This document shows, piece by piece, positions 1 through 11,000 of a DNA stretch of 64,000 nt. Each line of letters begins with the position of its first letter. Positions within the stretch are counted from its first letter, which is position 1. A program made the position numbers and the translations under genes. A model generated the notes under the pieces. That model ran no database searches, was not told the DNA's origin, and saw only the letters and a list, made by a program, of their open reading frames with translations. This DNA comes from Vitrella brassicaformis CCMP3155 (lineage: Eukaryota > Protista > Chromerida). The stretch is taken from positions 102,587-166,586 of the forward strand of contig CDMY01000212.1 in assembly GCA_001179505.1 (NCBI GenBank), read 5' to 3'.

Positions 1-389
1 ATGGACGCCGTCAGCGCCGCTATGCAGACGGAGATCCGGGCGTGCATGCAGCAGCAGGCGAGAGGGAGAGGGAGCAGCTGCCGTCTAAAGGGCTCGCATC
101 TGGCGATGCTGGCGATAGCTTGTGCCCGGTCGGGGTATGACGATCCCGCCCTGATGAGCCGCGTGGCTGAGCTGTCGATCCGGTGGCTGGACGAGGGGCG
201 CTTCACGCCGCGGGAGGTGGCTAATCTGGCTTACTCGTATGGCAAACTCAGCCTCAAGTGCCGCCCGGTCGCTGAGGCGATTGGCAGGCGGGCCAAGAGA
301 CAGCTGAAAGAATTCTCATCTCAGGTCAGTCAGTGTGCCTGGGTGGGTGTGACAGAGGTGCGTGGGGCTTGCTCTCAGCTCATGTGCGT

Positions 390-423
<34 letters not shown>

Positions 424-1343
424 TCTGTTAACACATTAGGAGCTGAGCAACATGTTGTTCGGCATGGTCATATCCGAGACCTACGACGCCCAGCTCTTCC
501 GCGACATCTACGCACAGGCGCAGAACGAGCTGCCCGATGCCATCAGCTGGCTGGCCCTCCTTCAGCTGTACCAAGTAAGTCAGCGGCGGACCGTCCAAAC
601 ACCCACCCAATTTACGCTTCCACATACCCACGTGATGTCTGTGTGTTGTTCTGTTCCCATAGGCGTGGGTGGTTCTCTCGGCTGAGTGTCCGGATGCGGT
701 GAGCGAGGTTGATGACGCCTTCCTGGCGCGGCTGCACGCGGCGTGGGACAGAGTCAAGAAGCGGCCCAAGGAGAGCAGCGAGCACCACCGGGCCATCAGC
801 GCGTGCCTCATGACCCTCTCGGAGTTCCGGTGCTGCGTCAACCACGTCACCGAGGCAGAGCATGACATTGATATTGCGCTTCTTGACAGGTACTGGGCCG
901 GCTGGCTGTCTGTCTGTCTGTTCATGTGTGTGGATGGATGGATGTGTGCAGGCGGCTGGCGGTGGAGGTGCACGGCCCGACCCATTTCGCCTGCAACACC
1001 AGGCGGCCCCTCGGACACACCCTTCTCAAGAACAAGATGCTCCAGCTGCAGGTGAGCCGATCGAATGAAATGAATTCAGTGAATGAGACACACACACACA
1101 CACACCTCCCTCTCTCTGTGTGTGTGTTTCTGTATGGTTGGTTGTGTGCAGGGTTGGGGTGTGGTCCAGATTCCCTATTGGGAGTGGGAGCGCATCCCCC
1201 ACTGGTCGACCATGGAGAAGAAGCGGTACCTTCAGCGCAAACTTGAGATCACCGCGCCGCTCAAGTACTCCAACAGGGACACCTCCTACTACAAGCCCTA
1301 CATCCCACACGCACCTGCTGGGAAGCTGTCAAGGTTCGACTGA
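1..1343 (+). CDS. RAP-domain (FAST-kinase-like, RNA-binding) protein, 5 exons; possibly 5'-partial
   Basis: Exons 1-324, 440-574, 663-889, 952-1051 and 1152-1343 join in frame at GT-AG sites. The C-terminus reads RLAVEVHGPTHF...GHTLLKNKMLQLQGWGVVQIPYWEW, the RAP motif, preceded by helical repeats (REVANLAYSYGKL, ELSNMLFGMV). Confidence 0.85.
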
Positions 1344-2707
1344 CTGACCGATCGACGGGATGGGATGTGGGTGATTTTTCACGTGACGCCGTGGGTGTGC
1401 TGTGCGTATGTGAGCTGTTCCTGAGGGGAGAGGAGAGCAGGCCGGCCGGCCGGCCGATTCGTTGAGCGGGCGAGCGAGCGACTGTACACATGGTGTTCTG
1501 TACGTATGTGTGTAGATGAGAGAGACACAGAGGAGGGCAGGCAGACGGGCCAGACAGACAGGCTGCAGATGGCCAGGGTACTTAGATTTTTCGCCAGCAC
1601 CAGACTTCGCCGCTCTGACCTGCATTTGACCGAGAGAGAAAGGGGAGCGAGAGAGTGGCTTGCCAATGAAGTGACACACGGACAGGAAGGGTGTGGTGTA
1701 AATGGGACACCTGCCTAAGTCGGGGCGGCAAGGCAATTTGTTCTTGAGGGGGATAGTGGATGGATGGATGGATAGATGGATGGAATGAGCAAAAGACACC
1801 CATTTAGTGCACACACAGCTGTGGTGTGGTGTAGTGGTGTGGTAGCGATGTTATTGACGGTGATGGTCGTGATGGTGTGTGTCTAATAGACATCGATGCA
1901 CCCACACAGACAGACATGCAGGGAGACAATGATATGGAGAAAAAACAATGCACTGGTCGGTAAGGTAAGTGGCAGGTGGGGCGTCTTTTCGACTTCAACG
2001 TCACACACCCACACACCACACACGCCAGAAAGCCGAAAGAAAGCCACTTATTCGCCCCCACTGACTATCATCCATCCTTCGACTATGGCACATGTTGGTT
2101 GGCTGATTGGTTCGCTCACAAATAGCAGTACCCAATGCAATGCTCAAACACACACATATGCACACGTGGCTGCAGGACAGCCGGTACTAGCAAGGAGGGG
2201 GGCTGCTGGCCGCGCGCACACGTACGTGTGTGTGTGTGTGTGTGTGTGTGTCAATCTAATGTAGCAGCAGGTGTCGAAAAACGGTCAAACGAGTGGGCAA
2301 GGAGGGGAGGGCGGGGGAGCATCGCAGGGCAGCCAGCTCTGACAGCCGCCCTCCAAGCAACCTTGCCTCAATTGCCTCAATCAACACACAAAACACGAAA
2401 ACATCACCGTGCACGTAGCTGGCCTGGCTCGTCCGTCGTTTTGGTTGACAAAACAACACAAGTCAAGCAGGTAGGTAGGCAGAAAGGCACACAACCACAC
2501 GTACTATCCCATATCCCATCCCATCTCACCTACAAATACGATGCACACCCCACCCCACTCATCACCCCACCCCACCAAAGAAAGGACCATACGGAAAAAT
2601 CATCCACTAGGTCCGATCCGATCACATGTATGGATCTCCTCCTCCTCCCTCCGTCTCTCCCTCCCAATATCTATCCAATGGCAAGCCGCACAGCCAAGCC
2701 ACATATA

Positions 2708-4763
2708 TCAGCCGGCGGCCCCTCCCGTGCCGGTGCTGCTGGCGTCCGCCGCGGCCGTGGCATCGTGTTCGGTGAGCGAGCCGTTCCGCTTCCTCCTGTA
2801 CTGCATATACATGACGAACGAGAAGGCGATGGCGATGCCGACGAAGGCCACGCCCGCGACGCTGCCCGCCAGCACCCAGCGGATCCACGTGGGCTCCTCG
2901 TCCTCGGGGCTCTCCTTCTTGCCCTTCCCCTCGGCTGCACCGCATCGACAGACAGAGACGGAGACAGAGTCATACGCTACTTTGGACGTTTCCTGTGAGC
3001 GTGTGTGGGCGTGTTGCTGACCGAATTCGCTCTCCTCATCATCCAAGGGGGGGCTGGTGGTGCCGTTGAGCGGTCCCGCGTTCAAGCCAAGATCCAGCGG
3101 CGTATAAGGCAGCCCGCCAGCACCTCCCCCACCGGCACCAGGGGCGACCGTCGGCTCCCCTTCGCCCGAGCCTCTGATGTCGAAGTCAGACCCCTCTCCA
3201 AGCGACCCCTCCCCGCCCTCCTCCCTTCCACTAGGGATCACCAACCCATTCTCGCCGTTCACCACATCTCCTCGGCCATTCTCGCCACCCCCACCGCCCC
3301 CACCACCACTTGGCGGCCTTTGTGGCAGGGTCAAAGGGCGGCTGGGTGACGGGGGAGTCGGCACAGGCGGGAGGGTGGCGGGGCCTGCCTCAGGAGTGGG
3401 CTTGAGAAACCCGTTCTTCTCGTCTGTTTCTTGTGCCGGGGCGGTGGTGTCTTCTGTGGGAGGCTCGGTGGCCTCCTTGATTGCTTCTGCCGGCGCCTCG
3501 GTGAGGAGGTCAATGATCTCCTCGGGCGTCAGGGGCTCAGAGGCGTTGGCCTCTAAGTCCTCCTCGCCACCACCAATTTGTTCTCTGTCACCGGTCTCAT
3601 TGGCCTCGATGACCTAAACCAACCCAACCACACACAATACGCAGGAAGAGAGCATTCATCGACGGCCGCGGCGGGCGGGCCCTTTGTCCTTTCCATTACC
3701 ACTTCGGGAAGATCTGGCAAATCGCCCGGGAAAGCTGGGTCGAAGTCGGTGAGGCCGTCGCCTCCACCAGGGCCCAGCACATTGGGGTCAATCGGCGCCA
3801 CGCCGCCATCCTCCCACCCAGGCGGATACGCCATGTCCCCCCTGTCCGTCTCTTCTCTGTCTGTCTCACGACCTGGCTCATACAGGTTCTCCTCAGGCAC
3901 CTCCACCGCTTGTGACGGGTCGGCTGGTGCCTCGCAGACGAAGCATGAGAGGCGAGAGCCCGGCCCCCAGCAGGTTCTGGCGCCCCAGCCGTCGGGTCTG
4001 ATGGTGGTGCATTTCTCCTGAGGTGGGAGGAGGCGCCAGATGCGCGAAAGCTCATCGCCCCAGTTGACGTAGTCATCCGTGTCCAAATTGGCCGTGCTGT
4101 CGATCCACCGCCTGCACATCGGTATGTAGCAAACACAGTGAGTGAGGTGAGGGTATGCATGATGTTAGTATGTTTGTCTGTGTGTGTGTGTGTGAATATG
4201 TTCGTGTGTGCACCGTACCATCCGGCCTTTCTGAGAGGCAGCCTGTATTTCCTGAGGCCGACCCAGCACTCCTGGTCCATCTGCTGCGCCAGGTCCAGCA
4301 CAAGGGCGTTCTCAGAGGGGCTCCGCACCGATGCAAGGGCCGCTCCTGTGCCGCCCTCAGACATGCAGTGCTCATTCGCCTCTGTCCTGCAGACACACAG
4401 ACAGACACACAAAAAGACAGACAGACAGACAGACAGACGTTCCACGCGTCCGTGTCACTCACATGCAGTGGAATGTTGGGTGACCGTGCGTACCATGATT
4501 TGCCCGACAAGAGACTGTCCGTAGCGAAGAAGTATGACTTGTAGCACGAGCCGCCTCTCTCCGTCCATGTGTCATCTGGACACGCCCACGCTGCACAAAC
4601 AACACGCACAGAGAAAGAGAGGGGCCCATTTTCGCCAGTCGGTCGGCACACGCAGGTCTCACTCACCTGGCGATCCGCTCAACAAAACCACAAGCAGCAC
4701 ATTTGCCACGAGCTGGAGCACGTGTGGCCTCCCCCTGGCGCGGGAGGTCCCGTAGAGCCTCAT
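2708..4763 (-). CDS. Type I membrane protein with N-terminal C-type lectin-like domain and Pro/Ser/Gly/Glu-rich stalk
   Basis: Spliced reading: hydrophobic leader MRLYG...VANVLLVVLLSGSP; CPDDTWTERGGSCYK; ECWVGLRK; WIDS...YVNW; EKCTTIRPDGWGARTC...SCFVCE (CTLD Cys/Trp pattern); TM WVLAGSVAGVAFVGIAIAFSFVMY followed by RRKR; stop at 2708-2710. Confidence 0.75.
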
Positions 4764-5078
4764 CCCTCCACCTCCAGCCGTCCACACGATCAGACGAGCC
4801 CTGCTTGACCGACTTGAGACCTCTCACGTGGGGCAGTCCGTCAGGACCGACAGCAGTCGTCGCCACAAGAGGTCACGTCGGCCCACGATGGATGGAATCG
4901 GTGCTTTGTTGAGCCCGCGTTCCACGGCAGTTTCGCTTCGCAAACGGCTGTGTACGCTAAGCTCGCAACAAACCCTGCGAGCTTTTGTGTTTTGACGGTG
5001 TCTTCACGAGAAGGAGCCAAAGATCTGTCTATCCATCTCCACAAACCTCCTCCGAAGACGGTGATTGATCAGTGTGGT

Positions 5079-8000
5079 ATGGTTCGCAAGAAAGGCTGGC
5101 TGGAAGGGTGGGCCGCGTGGACGAACTCGTTCTTCAGCCAGCTGTTCTTCAACATCGGATGGCAGATAGGCAAGCGGCCTCTCGCCTTCATGGTACATAA
5201 GTCAAACAGCTAGCTGGCCCAGTGAGTGAGGCGACAGCCGTGGTTGTGCTTGTGCTTGTGCTGATGGTTGTGTGTGTGTTGTGTGGTTGCAGGCGGTATC
5301 TATCGCGTGCGTGTTGCTGTGCTCCATCGGCTTCGTGTGCTGGAAAGAGGAGAACCCACCAGGTACGGAGCGGAGCAGTTTGTTTCGTGTTGTCTTGACG
5401 CGCACGTTGCTTGGGTGGGTGTGGTTGTGCAGACAAGCTGTGGGTGCCGCAGGACAACATATCCAACGAGCATCGGTACGCCACCTCACCCTGAGATATT
5501 AATTCATGTGTCTGCTCTTCTTTGATTGTGGCGTGTTTGCGTCACTGTCTGTGGGTCACTAGTGACTTTATCGCCGACAACTTCGGCGATGACAAACAGA
5601 GGCTGAACTATGTCATCATACGAGCGAAGGATGACAACGTCCTCTCTGTCCGGTCACTCACCGCCATCCAACAGGTGATTGGAAAATTCAGTAACAGCAG
5701 GCAGGCGGCACTGGTGGTTTGTGTCTCTTTCAGATGCACGCGAAGCTGCTATCGCTGCAAGCCCGCATGGACAAGAAGTATCGACGCGACTTTCCAAACA
5801 TACCTGACCCTTTCACATTCAGGTGGCAACCACCATAACATTCCTTCCGCCGACGCCTCACTCTCTCTCTCTCTCTCTCTCTCTGCTGTTTCTGACCCAC
5901 CCATCTATCCACCCACAGCGACGTGTGCGTGAGCCAGGGCACCAACAAGTGCCTGCTGCCGGGCCTGCCCGAGGTGTTTGACCTGGCCAGTCCGATTACC
6001 CTCACACAAGCCGACATCTTGAGCGCCGTCGATGCCAATGAAGAGGAAATCACGCCGTGGCTTGGGAAGATCCGCCGGGACGGTGCTGGCAAGATTGTGG
6101 GTGCGGAGGCCGTCATCATGACGTACTTCATCACCGCCGGCCCAGATTTTGAGATTCGCGAAGGAGTGAGTTCTTTCTGAGACACAGACCCGGGCAAGGG
6201 CAACTGATGGTATGCCATGAATGTGTGTCTTTGCTCGTGCAGGGTGACGACGTCCATCCTGCAGGTTTGGCGTGGGAGCAAGAGGCCCTCGACGAGGTCT
6301 TCTTCAAAGACAACGATGATCTCGACTTCGCGCCTCTGATGGACCGCACTCTCTCTGACACCTTCGGAGATGCCATCCAAGGAGGTACGCAGATTTCCAC
6401 CACTTGGCCCTTCCCCTGTTCACCTCTTCTCCTCACGTGGTGCTAACCCAACAGATATCTCGGCACTCTTCGTTGGGTATCTGCTGCTGCTCGGCTACCT
6501 CTTCATTAACCTCGGAAAGCGAGATGTGGTGCACTCGAATCGTTCTGTCAGCTTGCATCGTCTCCCCTGCCCCACCCCTGTCCGTCTCTGAGCGTTTATG
6601 TCTCACTGATTCTGTGTCTCTCTCTTCACTGAGTGATTCATTATGGACGATACAAGATAGTGTCCATGTGTGCATGGCTGTTGCGTTCCTTGCCTGTCCG
6701 ATCAGACCATGCCAATGGCACGTCCGTGCAGCGGGCCGTGCTGCATCACCGCTCTCATTGTCATCACAAGACGGGCGACGTTGTAGATCAGCGTGTGAGC
6801 ATGTGGCGCATATAATAGTGGTAGCGGATGAGCTCACCGTGCATGCGATAAAGACTGACAAATACATCAAATTCAACGGGCTGATTGTGTCAGTGCCTCT
6901 TTCCCTCACTTACATCGTGCCGATCCGTGTGAGTATGTCCATTTTGGTGTGAATCATAAACACATCATCTCTCAGCCATCTGAACACCACCGCACGTGCC
7001 ATTCATCTGACGCCAGTGTGCCTCTGATGTGTTCCGTACCTGCTCCACGTGTTGGTTCGGCCGTCCGTCGTGATTCCACTAACCAGCTCACGACTGACAT
7101 CACACACATCAGGTCCGCACACACACCGCAGTGACACATGCCGCTGACTCACTCACTGTCTCTCACTCTCTCACTGTCTCTCACTCACTTGGTGTCCTCG
7201 CATGTCTTCAGGCGTTGGATGAGGACGCCAAGCCCAGAGATATGGTCGCTGAGCTCCCTCTGGTTCGGCGGTGCGGGACACGACTGTGGCGTCGGTGCAG
7301 GGGGAATGACCAGCCGCCCCACAGACAAGCCGACCGTGAACACAAGGACGAGCACCAGGGCGGCAACACACAGACGAACCATTTTGTCGGCACGGACGAT
7401 TGTTTGACTGACCGAGTTAATCAAATTGAGTCAAGCAAATTGAGTCAATGTTACGTATACTTGCGTCCATATATCACATGTACATGTGTGTATGGCTGAA
7501 ATCAAGTATGTACACAAGTCGGCCGTCAATGAAAGAGAGGCGTAGATGTGGGAGCAGAAGCGATTTTCCCGCCACATCACAAAGAGAGCTGCAGTCGGCC
7601 GTCAATGAAAGAGAGGCGTAGATGTGGGAGCAGAAGCGATTTTCCCGCCACATCACAAAGCGCATTTCGCCTTCTTCTTCTCCTCCATCATCTTTTGAAA
7701 CTTCTGAATGCTAAAAAAGCCCTTCTCTTCGAGCTCTTTTCTCTTGTTCGCCGCCTTCTTCTCCTTCTTCTTCTCGTCCGCCGCCTTCAGCTTCTCCTTC
7801 AGCGCATCCACCTCCGCCGAATCGATGTCTTGGGCATCGTAAAGAGCTTCGAGTGTGCTGGGCGTGTATCTGTCGTCGAGATCACATCGGTCGTCGGCTT
7901 CCTGCTCGGCGTATGTCCAGTCGCCATCGGTGATGTATTTCTGCACCGCCGTGTGCAGGAAGGGCACCGTAGCCTCCGGGTATGACAGCCCACGTCCTCT

Positions 8001-11000
8001 GCCGCCATACCAGGGGCCCGGTTTGACGTCAACGCTCTTCTTGCACGCGACCTGAAGACAGACATCGAATCTGCTGGTGTGTGTGTGTGCGGGTGGCGTG
8101 TGTGTGTGTGTGTGTGGGTGGGTGGCGTGTGTGTGTGTGTGTGGGTGGGTGGCGTGTGTGTGTGTGTGTGTGTGCGGGTGGGGTGTGTGTGTGTGTGTGT
8201 GTGCACGCCTTCCCCCCTCCCTTGCCTGCCACTCGGGATGCGATCTGTTACACTTGGCGCACATAATCCACAATTGAGTCGTCAAGATCGCCAGGCTTGT
8301 CCGCATGAGCATCAGGGGAACAGCGACATTCGTACACACCTGCGGCTTGTTCGTGCTGCACTTGCGTGCATAGGACTTACACCACCAGTGCACGCGCCCC
8401 TCGTATATCTTCAGCTCGGGCTCGTCTTCGCATCCCACCTCCCTCGCACATCCACTGAAAGAAGACACACACCAGCCATGTACTGCGGTATGTGTTAGCG
8501 GCTTGTAAGACACACTCTGTCGGCCCCAAGTGGTCTCGGATGCGCTTCGTGAATGAGTCAAGGTTGTTGACAAGATCGTTGTAGTGGATCATGTCCCCCG
8601 TCACTGGTCGCGCATACAGCGCATCCCTGAACACACTCACAGACATGACCGACGAACGCACTCAACAAAGGTTGTGGCGATTACTGCCACTCACCAAGAC
8701 GGCTTCCCGAGCATCGACAGACCCGCCATGTACTTGACCTTTGCACTCGCAGGTTCGACGTATGAGTACATCACCGCCACGGGAACGGCTTTCGAGAAGT
8801 GGTGTCCACCTTCGCGTCCACCGAAAGGAGCCAACGCGATTATCATGTTAGCTCGGTGTTGTGATGGAAGTGATGGCGATCAGCATACTGGGGGGCGTTG
8901 TCGGCGTGGCGAACAACGACGACGGCTGCACAACACACATGGGCAGCCGGCATTCTCATGGGATCTGTCCTTCTTTGTGTGTCACTTGTCGCCCACTCAT
9001 CACATGAAGCGGCGCTGTGACGAGCCAGGAGGCGTCAGCTGAACCACTGGGATGGGCCAGGCCAATCATGTTCGCCTCGCCCACATTCTCACAACGGTTG
9101 TAGTCGCGGTAGCGCCTGCACTTCTTCTCCTTTGATGTGAGAGCGCGGCCGGAGTACTCTCCGTCAGCGATGGTACAGAAGGGCAGGACGTCCTTCGTAT
9201 GGACCAGGCGCTGATAATTATGGTTGCCCCGACGACTCATGGTCCGCATATACGCCTGCTTGTCGCCCATACCGTGTGCCGCCAGCTGCTTTGCGGCCCT
9301 GACGCGAGTGCACACGAAACGCTGGTAGCAGTCTTCTTTGGCCGTCACCACCTTGCCACCAATCTTGAAGCTCATCCAGCCGCGATTCTTACAGCGGCGG
9401 GGCAGGTGCCAAACCTCTCGACATATGTTCTTGGCCATATGAGCGAGAGCCCCACAAGAGGTCGCGACTGCATCGTTGGCCCTTGCTTGATCTAAGTCCG
9501 TCTCCTTCTTCCAGCCCCGGTTGTGCCACTCGACCGTGCAGTCGTCAGCCACCGTGATGATGTCGCATCCACCAGAGGCATCGAACTGCTGGCGAAGCAC
9601 CGTGTGTCTCGCCTTGCACTCTCGTTCAGTGCCGTCGAAGCCCTTCAGCGTCCAGTCGTCCAATATCACATCACCGGCCTGCTTGTAAGAGAAGCCCGGC
9701 TGATGGAGCGCTCCCCATGGCAGCGGGGTGGACTGGGCCGCGAAGAGCTGATGTGCGGTGGATGTAGAGGCGCCCGCGCTGGCACTGGCACTGTGTGGGT
9801 GTGAGGGGTCATCGATGTCCATGGGATCATCATCATCGTCCTCGCCGGTCAGATCTTCCACGTCGGCGTCAGAAGCGTGGTAATCTTGATAATCGTCGTG
9901 AACAGAGTCATCCGCCGGAAAGGCGCAGCAGCCGGTGCTCATACAAAGCAAGTATGGGAGCAGGAGTGACCATGTGGATGCCTTCATCGCTGCCTAACAG
10001 GAGTGTCCTCGCCGAGACTGGGGGCAGAGGCTGGGGGCGTGGGGTCAGAGCACGAAGCTAGGCCTGAGCATTGCCGTCGTTTTCACCATTGGCCTCTCTA
10101 TCGCCGCATCCTATGGGTGAGACCGAGAGAGACACTGCTGCACATAAAAGAATTAATAGACAGATCCACAAGTAAGTCGTGTTCTGGGTGCGCAGCGTAT
10201 CAGCGGGTTTCGGCTTCAAGTTCGGGCCTCTGCACTCGACTCTCCCCTTCCTGCTGCTGGGCATCGGTGTGGATGACGCCTTTATCATCACATCGGCATT
10301 CCACCATACGTATGACGCCGACGCATACCCCATGGAGTCCTCCATCCCGCTGCACGAGAGAGTCGCCCTCGCCATGAGCCATGCCGGCATGAGCATCACG
10401 CTGACGTCGATCACGGACGCACTGGCATTTGGGATTGGCGCATCCACCACTGTACGCGAATGAAGAGAGGAGAGAAGGCCTTTGGGTGGCTTGTCGCACT
10501 CTGTCTGTGTTGTTGGCTGCAGATTCCCGCTCTTTCATCCTTCTGCGCCTATGCGTCGTTCGGCATCCTGTGGTGCTACCTGCTGCAAGTGTTCTTCTTC
10601 ACTGCCTGCCTGGTGGTGGACCAGTGGCGTGCTCAGCGACAAATATACGACTTCCTGGTGAGCTGAGCCACACCCGGTGACGCATTGGGGGTGACTGGCA
10701 ACGCGCTTTGCCTTGGTACTCTCTTCATGTCAGTGCTGCATCAAGGCGTCCAAACCGCATCTGCTGGGCGACATCCAGGATGGCCAAGTGGTCGACAGGT
10801 AAGGAACAGACAAGGGGTACCCACAGTGACGGTGCCGACCGCTCTGGCGTGTGGCTTGTTTGCAGGTACTGTTACTTCTGCACGTGCAAGCCTGACCTTT
10901 TGGCGAGATTCCTGGGGGGCCCATATGCCAATATTCTGACCAAGACACCCGTCAAGGTGCCCAGCAAGACACAGCGCAACTCAGGTGTGCAATCATGTGA

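Larger units (their letters stand above)
6540..10056. other. 3.5-kb gene-bearing block splitting the Patched SSD exon (insertion or large nested-gene intron)
   Basis: Left flank ends GTG CAC TCG AA (6539) and right flank resumes G CTA GGC CTG (10057), giving VHS-K-LGL. CGAA is present at both junctions (6536-6539, 10053-10056). An in-phase GT (6547) / AG (10048) pair is also present. Confidence 0.6.

Noticed and set aside
7517-7660. CRISPR-like repeat-spacer-repeat
   Set aside because: Only two 68-bp copies with an 8-bp spacer, in a eukaryotic 3'-UTR, with no cas genes.
7799-8498. Several ORFs rich in THTHTH or CVCVCV (and many similar ones across the window)
   Set aside because: They are translations of intronic (CA)/(GT) microsatellites, not metal-binding or Cys-rich proteins.
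6540-10056. Autonomous transposon, Helitron or retrocopy as the identity of the block
   Set aside because: No DDE, HUH/Rep-helicase, RT or tyrosine-recombinase motif was seen; inverted ends are only 4 bp; the cargo genes keep introns and there is no poly(A) tail.
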